Source of the DNA: Myxococcota bacterium
GTDB taxonomy: Bacteria > Myxococcota_A > Bradymonadia > UBA4248
Direction of reading: 5' to 3'
DNA: 64,000 nt
NCBI GenBank assembly: GCA_045599245.1
Contig: JAZRVP010000220.1
Span: 590-64,589, forward strand
Position numbers and translations under genes: made by a program. Of this stretch, positions 27,581-37,448 are shown piece after piece (position 1 is the stretch's first letter; each line of letters begins with the position of its first letter). The notes beneath the pieces are model-generated. The model was given only the letters and a program-made list of their open reading frames with translations, made no database searches and had not been told where the DNA came from.

Positions 27581-29005
27581 ATGCATTCATCATCTTTGAT
27601 AAAAAACGTCATATTGTCAGCATCCTTGATGCTTTTTCCGAATCTTGCGAGTGCCCAGGAGGCAGCAGAATCGGGGGAAGCGGTGACGCGAGAAGCTCTG
27701 GCAGCTGCATTTCAAGCGTCAGAGTGGACTAAAAGCATCGATATGTCGCGTGCATTACTCAAAACGGAGCCGGAAAACACGGATTATATGAATATTCTGT
27801 CGGTTTCGCTTGGCCAGGTTGGGCAGTATGAGGAGGCTGAGAGCCTCATGCTTCGGATCAAGAAGCTTCGTCCGGAGGACAATCAGATAGATACGAATCT
27901 TTGTTTTGTGCAGTCGGAACTAAAGCGTGATGGAGCGTTGGAGACATGTCTTGAGGCGCTCAAGAGGAATCCGAACAAAGCCCTGCTGGAGTCGTTGACG
28001 GCGCGTCTTCTTGAAGAGCGCAGTCGTCTTGATGAAGCGCGTGAGCACTATGTCCGTGCGTTTGAACTGGACTCCACGGACATGATGAGTCTGACGGCTG
28101 CGACGTCGATAGATTTTAGACATGGGGCAAATGAAAAAGCGTTGGAACTGACGCAAAGGGCCATTGCAGCGAATCCGGACAAAGCGATTTTATATCTGAA
28201 TGCGTCGGTAGCAGCCTATCGGGCCGGACTGTATGAAAAAGGGATAGAAATTGCAGACGGTGGGTATGAGAAGTTCAAGGATAATGCGCTTTTGGTAACG
28301 AAAAGCGAGTGTTTGTATTCACTGGGGCGGTTTGAAGAGGCGGAGAAGCTGCTCAGAGAGCTGGTGGAAGTTGTGGATGAGGGCAATCTTCAGCGGTATC
28401 GAGTGGAATTTGCGCTGGGGAGAGTGCTGGTAGCGAATTCATGTTCGAAAGAGGAGAGCAAGAGCTGTGCGACAGAGACGCCCTCGGTGTGTTGTTCGAA
28501 AGAGCGTGAAGCGCTCTTGCAGTTGCAGTCTGCGCGCGAGAGACCGTTATTGAAGAAGGAGACGGGGGTTGATGTGTATGTGGGGCTGGCGCAGGTTCTG
28601 AACAATCAGCTCGAAGAGGCGGAGGCGACGCTGACGGCAGCGGTATCCGATTCGTCAATCAAGGACAAGGGGAATGCGTTGGCGGCTCTGGCTGCCGCAC
28701 TGTATCAATATAGCGATAAGAAGGATCGCGAGGCGGCGCTGGGGTATTATGTGCAGGCCAAAGGCGTGTCGGAGGATTTTTCGGATTCGAGTGTTGTTAG
28801 GTCAAAGTACGGCTGGGCGCCGCGTCTTGTCGAGACGCTTGAACAGATAAAGGCGGAGGATGCGGCGAAAAATGCGCCGAAAGCCAAGTCCGGATGTGGA
28901 TGTGATGTCATGGGCGTGGAGCAGAAACAGCCGATTTTGGCGATGATACTTAGTCTGCTTCTGGTTGGTTTGTGTGTTGTGACGATGAGACGGAAATCTG
29001 CATGA
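27581..29005 (+). CDS. Tetratricopeptide-repeat protein with signal peptide and C-terminal membrane anchor
   Basis: N-terminal signal (MHSSSLIKNVILSASLMLFPNLASA). Multiple TPR-like 34-aa helical repeats. C-terminal TM ILAMILSLLLVGLCVVTM. The stop overlaps the polA start (ATGA at 29002-29005). Confidence 0.75.
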   Translation: MHSSSLIKNVILSASLMLFPNLASAQEAAESGEAVTREALAAAFQASEWTKSIDMSRALLKTEPENTDYMNILSVSLGQVGQYEEAESLMLRIKKLRPEDNQIDTNLCFVQSELKRDGALETCLEALKRNPNKALLESLTARLLEERSRLDEAREHYVRAFELDSTDMMSLTAATSIDFRHGANEKALELTQRAIAANPDKAILYLNASVAAYRAGLYEKGIEIADGGYEKFKDNALLVTKSECLYSLGRFEEAEKLLRELVEVVDEGNLQRYRVEFALGRVLVANSCSKEESKSCATETPSVCCSKEREALLQLQSARERPLLKKETGVDVYVGLAQVLNNQLEEAEATLTAAVSDSSIKDKGNALAALAAALYQYSDKKDREAALGYYVQAKGVSEDFSDSSVVRSKYGWAPRLVETLEQIKAEDAAKNAPKAKSGCGCDVMGVEQKQPILAMILSLLLVGLCVVTMRRKSA

Positions 29006-31902
29006 AAAAGCTTCTGATATTTGACGCATCCAATTATATGTTCCGCGCATTTTTTGCGTCTCCCCCGATGAGCAACAGTGCGGGATTTCCGACGAATGCG
29101 CTTCATTTCTACACATCGATGATTTTATCGGTGATACGACGCGTGTCGCCGGATGCCATTGCGCTGGCGCATGACCGGAAGGGGCCGAAGTTCCGTCATG
29201 TGTTGTATCCGGAGTACAAGGGGCAGCGGACGGAGCCGCCGGAACTGCTGCAGCTGCAGTTTCCGTGGTTTCGTCAGATCACGGATGCAATGGGGATTCA
29301 TGCGTATGATGTGGAGTCGTATGAAGCGGACGATGTGATAGCGACGCTGACACGTCAGGCACGAGCGGCTGGATGGCATGTCGTCATTGCAAGCAGTGAC
29401 AAGGATTTGATGCAGCTTATCGAGCGAACGGACGGTGTGGACACGGTTGTGATGCTGGATGCGATGGCGAAAGCCGGTGATCAAAAGTATCGTGCCGTGA
29501 CGGTGGATGATGTCGTTGCACGGTTCAATGTGATGCCGGATAAAGTTGCAGACGTTCTGGCGTTATCCGGAGATACGATTGACAATATTCCCGGGTGCAA
29601 GGGGATTGGGGAGAAAACAGCGGGGAAACTCATCGCGGAATTTGGATCGCTAGAGAATTTGATGCAGAACCTGGATAAGATCAAGAAACCGGCGCAGCAT
29701 GCGAATCTCGAAGCATTTTCGACGTCGGCGGAACTGTCCAAGAAGCTGACGAGTCTCGTGAATGATTTGCCGATAGAGCTGGTTTATGAGGGGATGAAGC
29801 CGGATGCATCGAAAGTGACGGAGATATTTTCGGCACTCGAACTTCATAAATTGCTGATGGAGATACTGGGACCGGAGGCTCGTCCGGATGCGTCGGTACG
29901 GAGGATAAAAGTGCCCGGAGCGGAGGCAAAAGGTCAGGATGAAAAGCCTGGGGTTCCGGTTCAGAGAAGTCTTTTTCCGACAGAGGTTCATGAAGAAAAG
30001 GGGGGAAGTTCGGAGCGTGTCAAAGTCGGGATGCCGTCTGCTGCCGGTGCATCGCCGCATGGAAGTGTTGAATTGATTCGTCCGATAACGCGAGTGAGGA
30101 TATGTGAGACGGCGCAGGAATTAGGGGCGTTTTTAGAACGTGTATCCGGGCAGATGGTGGCGGTTGTTCCGTTGTGGCTGGAGGAATCTCGATCGCACAG
30201 GCAAATGCTTGGGTGTTCGTTTGCCGATGCCTCGGAAGCGGTTTATGTTCATCTCTATCACGAGCGTTCATTGTTTAATAATTCGGCGCAGGCAGAGGAT
30301 ATGGAGAGCCTGGTGAGGGCATGTCTCGAGGATGTCCGGCAGCCGAAAGCCGTGTATGGGATGAAGCCGATCGTTCAGTACGGACTGGTTTATGGGAAAT
30401 CGATCGATGTGTCTTCATATTTCGATGTGGAGATGGCGGCGTATCTCGTTCATCCGGAACGGACGGAATTTTCGCTATCGGTTTGTTCTGTGGAATATCT
30501 CGGAGAGCCGATGGAGATGACGCCGGAGAACTGGCTTGGCGTGGGGAAAAAGGCAGTCAAAGCGCAGACGGTAAGTGTGCAGACTGCGTCGGCGTGTGCA
30601 GGATTGTGGGCACAGATCATTCTTCAGCTTTCGGAGAAGCTGCCGCAGGAGTTGTCGTATTATGGGCTATCCCAGGTGTATAGCGAACTCGATCATCGAT
30701 TAAGTCCGATTTTGGCGAAGATGGAATACGACGGCGTGAAGATCGATACAGAGGCTCTTCACGAGATGAGTGAGGGTTTTGACAGCGAGCTGGAGCGCCT
30801 GAACGAGGAAGTACACGGATTTAGTGAAGAAGATTTCAACGTCAACAGTCCGAAGGATTTAGCGCGATTTTTGTTTGAAGTATTGAAGCTGGAACCGGCG
30901 ACGAAAAAGAATCGGAGTCATGGCTTGTCGACGGATCAGGACACGTTGGAGTCGATAGATCATCCGATTGCGGGGTTGATATTGGAATACCGGACGATCA
31001 GCAAACTCCGGTCGACGTATTCGGAGTCACTTGCGACGTTGGCGGACAGTCAGACGCATCGGATACATGGTCAGTTTAATGCGTGTGTAACGGCGACGAC
31101 GCGTTTATCGAGTTCGGATCCGAATTTACAGAATATTCCAGGACGAACGGAATTAGGACGCCGGATCAAGCGAACGTTTGTACCGGAGCCGGGGCATGTA
31201 TTTATCAGTGCGGACTACAGCCAGATCGAGCTTCGTTTGATGGCGGCATTTTCGAAGGAACCGAGTCTTTGTGAGGCGTATCATCGTGGGGAGGATGTTC
31301 ATGCGAGAACAGCGGCATCGTTGTTTGATAAGCCGATAGAGGATGTGACGAAGCAGGAGCGTCAGCTGGCGAAGACGATCAATTTTGGCCTGTTGTATGG
31401 GATGGGTGTTCAGAAACTGTCGCGGGAGACGGGGTATTCGAAGGCGGATGCGAAGAAGTTTCTGGAGAAATTTCATTCGCAGTTTCCGACGTTGTCAGAA
31501 TTTTTTACGGGTCAGGTTGAGAAAGCGCGTGAAAGCGGAGAGACGCGAACGGTGCTTGGGCATCGGCGTTCGATGCCGGAGTTGTACAGTGAGCGCGGGA
31601 TGATCAAGGCGTTTGGAGAGCGTGTGGCGTTGAATGCGCCGATACAGGGGTCTGCCTCGGATATAGTGAAGCGCGCGATGATAAGATTTGACGAAGCGAT
31701 AAGGCAAAAGGGGTGTCAAGCGCGGCTGTTGATTCAGGTGCACGATGAACTGTTGGTTGAGTGTCCGGAGGCTGAGGTCGAGGCAGTGAGCGAGATTTTG
31801 CGTGAATCGATGGAAGGTGCGGTGGAAATCGGAGTTCCGTTGAAAGTGGAGTTGAAAGTTGGGTGCAACTGGGCAGATATGAACAGTCCTGGGAGCCTCT
31901 GA
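29002..31902 (+). CDS. polA: DNA polymerase I
   Basis: N-terminal 5'-3' exonuclease/FEN domain (LLIFDASNYMFRAFFA). Polymerase motifs A (DYSQIELRLMA), B (RQLAKTINFGLLYGMG) and C (QVHDELL). The central 3'-5' exonuclease region appears to lack the canonical Exo I DxE motif and may be inactive, as in Taq-type enzymes. Confidence 0.9.
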   Translation: MKKLLIFDASNYMFRAFFASPPMSNSAGFPTNALHFYTSMILSVIRRVSPDAIALAHDRKGPKFRHVLYPEYKGQRTEPPELLQLQFPWFRQITDAMGIHAYDVESYEADDVIATLTRQARAAGWHVVIASSDKDLMQLIERTDGVDTVVMLDAMAKAGDQKYRAVTVDDVVARFNVMPDKVADVLALSGDTIDNIPGCKGIGEKTAGKLIAEFGSLENLMQNLDKIKKPAQHANLEAFSTSAELSKKLTSLVNDLPIELVYEGMKPDASKVTEIFSALELHKLLMEILGPEARPDASVRRIKVPGAEAKGQDEKPGVPVQRSLFPTEVHEEKGGSSERVKVGMPSAAGASPHGSVELIRPITRVRICETAQELGAFLERVSGQMVAVVPLWLEESRSHRQMLGCSFADASEAVYVHLYHERSLFNNSAQAEDMESLVRACLEDVRQPKAVYGMKPIVQYGLVYGKSIDVSSYFDVEMAAYLVHPERTEFSLSVCSVEYLGEPMEMTPENWLGVGKKAVKAQTVSVQTASACAGLWAQIILQLSEKLPQELSYYGLSQVYSELDHRLSPILAKMEYDGVKIDTEALHEMSEGFDSELERLNEEVHGFSEEDFNVNSPKDLARFLFEVLKLEPATKKNRSHGLSTDQDTLESIDHPIAGLILEYRTISKLRSTYSESLATLADSQTHRIHGQFNACVTATTRLSSSDPNLQNIPGRTELGRRIKRTFVPEPGHVFISADYSQIELRLMAAFSKEPSLCEAYHRGEDVHARTAASLFDKPIEDVTKQERQLAKTINFGLLYGMGVQKLSRETGYSKADAKKFLEKFHSQFPTLSEFFTGQVEKARESGETRTVLGHRRSMPELYSERGMIKAFGERVALNAPIQGSASDIVKRAMIRFDEAIRQKGCQARLLIQVHDELLVECPEAEVEAVSEILRESMEGAVEIGVPLKVELKVGCNWADMNSPGSL

Positions 31903-31904
31903 GC

Positions 31905-31970
31905 CTTTGCAGGGTTGAGTGTAAGGTTGAGTAGATTTGTGAATTTCCTCAGGCTGAGCTGTAACGAGGA
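31905..31970 (+). repeat. Partial copy H of the mosaic repeat (polar end only)
   Basis: GATTTGTGAATTTCCTCAGGCTGAGCTGTAACG is close to the right end of copy E (GATTTGTGAATTACCCCTGCTGAGCTGTAACGG). It ends 12 nt before the start of the PP2C gene. Confidence 0.55.
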
Positions 31971-31981
31971 AGGAGTGTGAG

Positions 31982-32797
31982 ATGCGAAAGCTAATTGGAA
32001 TGATATTAGGCTTGAGTGTATTGATGCCGGGATTTTGTTATGGAGAAACGGTATCGTCCTGGCGCACGGATCGAGGGGTTGTGAGGGATCACAACGAAGA
32101 CAGTGTAAAGGTATTTGGAGAGCATGAAGTATATGTTGTAGCGGACGGTATGGGAGGACATGCGGCGGGGGAGGTTGCGAGTGCGATAGCAGTAGAAACG
32201 GTAGAGGATTATGTGAAGTTTCCGGTCTGGGAAAAGGTGAAAAGGGTGTGGCCGCAGGCGGGTTTGATATTTATGGGGGCGTCATTTTTCGAGGCGAATC
32301 GGCGGATTTTAGAGGATGCGTCGTTGAATCCGGCAAGGCACGGGATGGGAACGACGATGGTATTGCTGGTGATGAGGAAAGGGTATGTGGATATCATCAA
32401 TGTTGGGGATTCGAGGGCGTATGTTCTGCACGACAAGAAGTTGATACGCGTGTCAGTGGATCAGTCGTTATTGACGGAATATATCAAGGCGGGTGTTATC
32501 AAGACGCAGGCGGAAGTGGATGCGTTTCCGTACAAGAATGTGATAACGCAGGCGTTGGGGACGCAGCCGCAGATAGTACCGGATGTGTATACGCGAGAGA
32601 AGGAAGCAGGGGATGTGTATTTATTGAGCAGTGACGGGTTATTTGATGAATTGAGGGATGAGGAGATAGAGGGGATTATTTTGAAACATGGGGAAGACTA
32701 TGAAGGAGCGAGTGAGGAGCTGGTAGAAAAGGCGAAATTGAGAGGAGGGCATGACAATATCACGGTAGTTCTTGTTAAAATGGGTTCAAGTATTTGA
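31982..32797 (+). CDS. PP2C-family Ser/Thr protein phosphatase
   Basis: PP2C motifs: DRGVVRDHNEDS, VVADGMGGHAAGEVAS, GTTMV, NVGDSRAYV, LLSSDGLFD, and a C-terminal GGHDNITVV. Confidence 0.85.
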   Translation: MRKLIGMILGLSVLMPGFCYGETVSSWRTDRGVVRDHNEDSVKVFGEHEVYVVADGMGGHAAGEVASAIAVETVEDYVKFPVWEKVKRVWPQAGLIFMGASFFEANRRILEDASLNPARHGMGTTMVLLVMRKGYVDIINVGDSRAYVLHDKKLIRVSVDQSLLTEYIKAGVIKTQAEVDAFPYKNVITQALGTQPQIVPDVYTREKEAGDVYLLSSDGLFDELRDEEIEGIILKHGEDYEGASEELVEKAKLRGGHDNITVVLVKMGSSI

Positions 32798-32881
32798 CCA
32801 GTTTTGAGTAGCCTGTTATAACGGCGAATTCTGAATAGGGGATAAACCTCTGTCGTAAGTTTGAAAGGAGCGCAAAGAACC

Positions 32882-33145
32882 GTGAAAATTCGCATGTTTT
32901 TTGTGACAGCATTAATATTAAGTACGAGCGTGAGTATTTCTGTTTATGGGGAAGAGAGCGCGGGTTCAGTAGAAGAGAAGCTGTACAATTTTGACGACAT
33001 GCTGATAGACGGAGCGTTTCGTGATCCTCAGGGGATGTTTGAACGAGCGCGAACGGAGGCAGAATTTGAAAGTGTATTGAAACTGGAGCGAAGTTTTATT
33101 CGCCGAATAGAAGACAATACACAAGAGTCATCAATGCGGCCGTAG
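32882..33145 (+). CDS. Small secreted hypothetical protein
   Basis: GTG start 32882 lies ~9 nt downstream of SD AAAGGAGCG. Signal peptide MKIRMFFVTALILSTSVSISVYG. No homology recognised. Confidence 0.4.
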   Translation: MKIRMFFVTALILSTSVSISVYGEESAGSVEEKLYNFDDMLIDGAFRDPQGMFERARTEAEFESVLKLERSFIRRIEDNTQESSMRP

Positions 33146-33179
33146 CGAGAAGCGTCGCGTCGGAAAAGGGAGTGGATAT

Positions 33180-34817
33180 ATGAAGATCATATGCAGTGGC
33201 TGTGGAGCAAAACATTGGCTTTCGGATATGCAACTGTCCGATGGAGGCTGCAATGTAGTATGTCCACACTGTCAGACGACGAATTTTGCGGATGCCTCGA
33301 TGGTGGATCCGGCCTCATTGGAACCGCGGTGGTATTATGCGGTGAATGAAGAGTCGGTAGGACCGCTTTCGACGCGAGATCTGGAATTTGCATTTCAGAA
33401 TGGCCAGCTGACGCTGGATTCGTATGTATGGTGTGATGGTTTATCAGACTGGATGGCGTTAGGAGCTGTACCGGAGTTTGACTATCTGGTATCGCCGGTT
33501 CAGGGGACGCCAGCGGGCCTGGATGAAGCGACGCGAGTTGCGGGCACGGGAGGACGAGGATTTGCGTCGTATCCTGGGCCGGGTTCGTTTGGACGAGGCG
33601 GGGATGAGACGTCAGCACTGGACATGAGCGGGAATGGATTTAGTCCGTTTGACAATGCGTCGTCCGGGATTGTTGGCATGGATGGTCAGGAAGCGAAAGA
33701 TGACGAGCCCATGTTCAACATGGGAATGTCGCAGCCTGCGTCGGCGGCGAACAATATGGTAGGTGGAGCGCGCAGTGAGAATTCGGTTTTGTTTTCGCTG
33801 AGCAGTCTTCAGGCCGTGAGTGCGGCGAGTGCGAGTCCGTCGGTACCGACGACGGCGGGAGGAGATGCGGGATTTGTGGATGTGAAGGCACTTGCCTCTG
33901 CATCGCCGGCGCCGCGCCGTCGCAACGAAGTGGTTGACAGCTTTGGCGGGAGTGCCGTTCCGATGGCGACCGTTCTTCCGTTGGGGAACAAGAAAGACAA
34001 CACGATGCTGGTCGCCATTCTGGTTGGCATTGGTGTTCTTGTTGTCGTTATGGGTGTGGTATTGGCGGTTGTTTTGACGAGGGATACGTCAGCGCCGGCT
34101 GCACAGCAGGCAGCGAACGTTGATACGGACAAAGCGCAGGCTGCAGCGAATGATTTAGGTGTTGCGCCGGCAGCGGTAGCGGACAACACGCAGATCGTGG
34201 ATAAGAATAAGCAGGCCGAAGAAGAAGCCGCGAAGAAGAAAGCGGAAGAAGAAGAAGCTGCGAAGAAGGCCGAGGAAGAGAAGCAGGCCGAAGAAGAAGC
34301 CGCGAAGAAGAAAGCGGAAGAAGAAGAAGCCGCGAAGAAGGCCGAAGAAGAAGAAGCTGCGAAGAAGGCCGAGGAAGAGAAGAAAGCCGCAGCCGACACG
34401 AAGAAAGCTGACACGAAGAAAGCTGACACGAAGACTGAGACGAAGACTGAGACGAAGAAAGCCGCAGCCGACACGAAGAAAGCCGACACGAAGAAAGCCG
34501 ACACGAAGAAGGCCGATGCAAAACCGGCGGCGGCAGCTGGCGGCGGTGCAAGCCTGAGCAAAGCCGAAGTTCAGGGTGTCATTCGTGGTATTGGAGCTCA
34601 GGTCAGAACCTGCAGCCGTACGTCGGCAACGAAGGGTACGATGAAAGTGTCGTTCAACATCAAGGGGGATGGCCGAGTGAGCAATGCTCGTGTCGTTTCG
34701 CCGGAATTTGCGAATACGCCGACGGCATCGTGTGTATTGAAAGTTGTCAACGGAATGAAATTCCGTGCGACAGGCGGAGCCGATGTTCCCATCACGTATC
34801 CGTTTGCAATCCAATAA
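33180..34817 (+). CDS. Zinc-ribbon / GYF-like domain membrane protein with K/E-rich coiled-coil repeats and a Cys-pair C-terminal beta-domain (AgmX/GltJ-like architecture)
   Basis: N-terminal CxxC..CxxC zinc ribbon (CSGCGAKHW...CPHCQ). GYF-like segment RWYYAVNEESVGPLSTRDLEFAFQNGQLTLDSYVWCDGLSDWMALGAVPEF. TM helix LVAILVGIGVLVVVMGVVLAVVL. (AEEEAAKKK)n and (DTKKA)n tandem repeats. A C-terminal ~95-aa domain with two conserved Cys. The architecture resembles myxobacterial AgmX/GltJ. This is a family-level inference only. Confidence 0.7.
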   Translation: MKIICSGCGAKHWLSDMQLSDGGCNVVCPHCQTTNFADASMVDPASLEPRWYYAVNEESVGPLSTRDLEFAFQNGQLTLDSYVWCDGLSDWMALGAVPEFDYLVSPVQGTPAGLDEATRVAGTGGRGFASYPGPGSFGRGGDETSALDMSGNGFSPFDNASSGIVGMDGQEAKDDEPMFNMGMSQPASAANNMVGGARSENSVLFSLSSLQAVSAASASPSVPTTAGGDAGFVDVKALASASPAPRRRNEVVDSFGGSAVPMATVLPLGNKKDNTMLVAILVGIGVLVVVMGVVLAVVLTRDTSAPAAQQAANVDTDKAQAAANDLGVAPAAVADNTQIVDKNKQAEEEAAKKKAEEEEAAKKAEEEKQAEEEAAKKKAEEEEAAKKAEEEEAAKKAEEEKKAAADTKKADTKKADTKTETKTETKKAAADTKKADTKKADTKKADAKPAAAAGGGASLSKAEVQGVIRGIGAQVRTCSRTSATKGTMKVSFNIKGDGRVSNARVVSPEFANTPTASCVLKVVNGMKFRATGGADVPITYPFAIQ

Positions 34818-34835
34818 TTGGATGCAGGAGATTTA

Positions 34836-34861
34836 CCCGGGCCTTTGGCCCGGTTTTTTTT
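34836..34861 (+). terminator. Rho-independent terminator
   Basis: CCCGGGCC-TTT-GGCCCGG followed by T8. Confidence 0.75.
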
Positions 34862-34867
34862 GCGCCG

Positions 34868-34943
34868 TGTCGGCGCATTCGATGCGTATTCCGAAGGAAT
34901 AGCGTCGAATCAATGCAGGCGTATTGGCCGAAGGCCGATAGCC
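34868..34943. repeat. Cluster of REP-like palindromes (GCGTATTCCGAAGGAATAGCG; GCGTATTGGCCGAAGGCCGATAGCC)
   Basis: Same GCGTATyGGC...GCCGATAGC family as 11587-11645 and 19465-19522. Confidence 0.6.
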
Positions 34944-35079
34944 TGTGCGGTTTTGGGGTGTATTCGGGGCATCGAGATGCGCCGAATAGCCCCATCATCA
35001 AACGTCTGTCATTTTGCCATTGTTCTCATTTGGTGATAGAGACCGGAAGCAGGATTGTTTCTTTGTCAGAGAGAAAGTG

Positions 35080-37446
35080 ATGGATACGTTTGAACAGGAA
35101 AAATACATATATCCGAACGGTACGATCATCGCGGATCGGTTTGAAATTTTGTCGTTTCTGGCGTCAGGGGGTATGGCGGATGTTTATATCGCGAAGCAGC
35201 TGACGATGGATCGCGAGGTGGCGTTGAAGGTATTGCTTCCGGCATTTTCGTGTAATCAGGATGTCAAGATGAGATTTCATCGCGAGGTGGAGGTAGTCTC
35301 GAAGCTGCAGCACCCGAATACGATACAATTTTTTGATCGTGGCGAGACGGCGGAGGAGCCGCCGCGTTTGTTTATCGCGATGGAGCTGTTAAGGGGAGAG
35401 GAGCTTGGGGAGCGGATCAAACGAGGGGTGATGAGTGCGCAGGAGGTTTTGCCGATTGTGAGGCAGGTTGCGGAGAGCCTTGCGGATGCGCATGCGCACG
35501 GGATAATTCATCGGGATTTGAAGCCGGACAACATCTATTTGACGACATATAACGGCGTGAAGGTGTTGGATTTCGGGATAGCGAAGGTATTGAATGGAGA
35601 AGAGACCCGGGAGGAGGGATCGGAACGAGGGCGTCGCCTGACGAAGGCGGGCACGGCGCCCGGGACGCCGGAGTATATGAGTCCGGAGCAGGCTCGCGGA
35701 AAAGATGTGGACGGCCGGAGCGATTTGTATTCGCTTGGTTGCGTGATGTACGAGATGCTTTGCGGGCGACCGCCGTTTGAGGAGTCGACGTATCTGGCGA
35801 CGATATTGATGCAGGTTCAGGCAGCGCCGCCGGCACTTCCCGCGACCGTTCCGGATTTTGTGAGCGAGTATGTGATCAAGAAGTTATTGGCGAAAGACCC
35901 GAGCCAGCGTCCGTCGAGTGCGCAGGAGTTTATCCGGGATGTGGATGAACTGATGAAGAGGCTGAAGCCGGGGAAGACGGCGGAGGAGATGCAGGCGGAA
36001 ATAGAGCAGCTAAGGAACAAGCTGGCGCAGGCGAATCTGGAGCTGATGCGTTCTGGGGATATGTCTGTATTGACGGACAATGAAGTGACGCGGATAAGGC
36101 CGGTTCCGAGTCGGGCGCCTGTTGGGAGCACGTGTGTAAGCGTGAACACGGGTGATGGCAGTGTAAATGTCGAGAATCCTGTGTGTCGAGGCGGGGGAGT
36201 GAATGCAGGAGGCGTGTGGCAGGGTGGCCAGACGGGGCCTGTACAGGTTCGTCAGCCGATGCGGGTGATGCCCGGCAGTCTGGACAATAGTGATTTGGAG
36301 CGCGTTCCTGTACGAGGACGAGGCGTGAAGCCTTCGATGCCTGGGGCGTCAGCAGGCAGTGAATATGAAGGGGAACGCATTCCGGTTCGGAGCCGCAATG
36401 GGATGTCGCTGGCTGGGATGCAGGCGATGTCGAATGGGTATGAGTCAGATGTTGTTTCCGGTCGAAGCCGCAGCATGATGTCGCCGGTTCCGTCGCAGGC
36501 GATACCGAATGGATATGATCCGGATGTTCCGGTCCGGAGCCGAAGTGTGATGCCATCGATGCCTGGAATGCAGGCGATATCGAATGGATATGAGCCGGAT
36601 GTTCCGGTTCGAGGCCGCAGTTCGATGCCATCAATGCCCGTGATGCAGCCGATGCCGAATGGATATGATGAGGAGCGGGTTCCGGGTCGGAGTCGGGGAA
36701 TGATGCCGTCAGTTCCGGTGCAGCCGATGCCGAATGGATATGAAGAGGAGCGAGTTCCTGTGCGGAGTCGGGGGATGATGCCGTCAGTTCCGGTGCAGCC
36801 GATGCCGAATGGATATGAGAAGGAGCGTATTTCGGGCCGGAGTCGCAGCTCGATGCCTGGGATGCCCGGGATGCCGTCGAAGGGCGGGATGGAATATGGA
36901 AGTGGTCAGGATGTGCGCGAGCGTGTATTGCCGACGATGGGATATTTTGAGTCGGAGGAGGAGGCGGTTCCTGCGCCGCGACATGGCCAGCGGTCGGCAA
37001 GTACGCGAGAGCGGTATGGTGCGGCGGCGGATCAGATCGAAGAGAACGGAGGCGTCCATGGGGGGCGTCCGAGGAATGTGTTGACGGGAACGCAGATGAG
37101 GAAGGGAGGCGGTCGTACGTTAGGCGTTGGGGGGCAGACGACGGCGACGCGAGAGTATATTTTTATGATGTTTTCGCAGTTAGTGACGAGTAAATTAGGG
37201 CCGGAGAAACTGACGGAGGCATTGGAGTTATCGAAGAGTGTATGGAATGCGGCCGTGATTGGGAAAGAAGCGACGGATGTGTTGTACCAGTCAGCGGGAG
37301 TGCAGACGAATTTGAGAAAGTTGATAGAGGCGATGGTAAACTGGAAGGAGAATTATTTCAGGGATGAGAAGTGGTCGATAGAGAGTGTGAAGAGTCGAGT
37401 GGATTCGTCAGGCCGAATGGAACTGACGTTGGAGACGAGTGAATAG
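35080..37446 (+). CDS. Ser/Thr protein kinase with C-terminal tandem-repeat region
   Basis: Hanks-type kinase motifs: GGMADVY (Gly loop), VALK, HRDLKPDNIYL, DFGIAKV, GTPEYMSPE. Start ATG 35080. Residues ~440-620 hold ~8 degenerate 25-28-aa repeats (MPNGYEEERVPVRSRGMMPSVPVQP), followed by a ~110-aa C-terminal domain. No TM segment. Confidence 0.85.
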   Translation: MDTFEQEKYIYPNGTIIADRFEILSFLASGGMADVYIAKQLTMDREVALKVLLPAFSCNQDVKMRFHREVEVVSKLQHPNTIQFFDRGETAEEPPRLFIAMELLRGEELGERIKRGVMSAQEVLPIVRQVAESLADAHAHGIIHRDLKPDNIYLTTYNGVKVLDFGIAKVLNGEETREEGSERGRRLTKAGTAPGTPEYMSPEQARGKDVDGRSDLYSLGCVMYEMLCGRPPFEESTYLATILMQVQAAPPALPATVPDFVSEYVIKKLLAKDPSQRPSSAQEFIRDVDELMKRLKPGKTAEEMQAEIEQLRNKLAQANLELMRSGDMSVLTDNEVTRIRPVPSRAPVGSTCVSVNTGDGSVNVENPVCRGGGVNAGGVWQGGQTGPVQVRQPMRVMPGSLDNSDLERVPVRGRGVKPSMPGASAGSEYEGERIPVRSRNGMSLAGMQAMSNGYESDVVSGRSRSMMSPVPSQAIPNGYDPDVPVRSRSVMPSMPGMQAISNGYEPDVPVRGRSSMPSMPVMQPMPNGYDEERVPGRSRGMMPSVPVQPMPNGYEEERVPVRSRGMMPSVPVQPMPNGYEKERISGRSRSSMPGMPGMPSKGGMEYGSGQDVRERVLPTMGYFESEEEAVPAPRHGQRSASTRERYGAAADQIEENGGVHGGRPRNVLTGTQMRKGGGRTLGVGGQTTATREYIFMMFSQLVTSKLGPEKLTEALELSKSVWNAAVIGKEATDVLYQSAGVQTNLRKLIEAMVNWKENYFRDEKWSIESVKSRVDSSGRMELTLETSE

Positions 37447-37448
37447 GG

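Noticed and set aside
33809-34561. Minus-strand ORFs of 250, 167 and 219 aa rich in Ala/Phe/Ser
   Set aside because: They are antisense to the K/E repeat region of the 33180 gene and are an artefact of the GAA/AAG repeats.
35930-37000. 356-aa minus-strand ORF
   Set aside because: It is antisense to the kinase repeat region; the kinase motifs on the plus strand are unambiguous.
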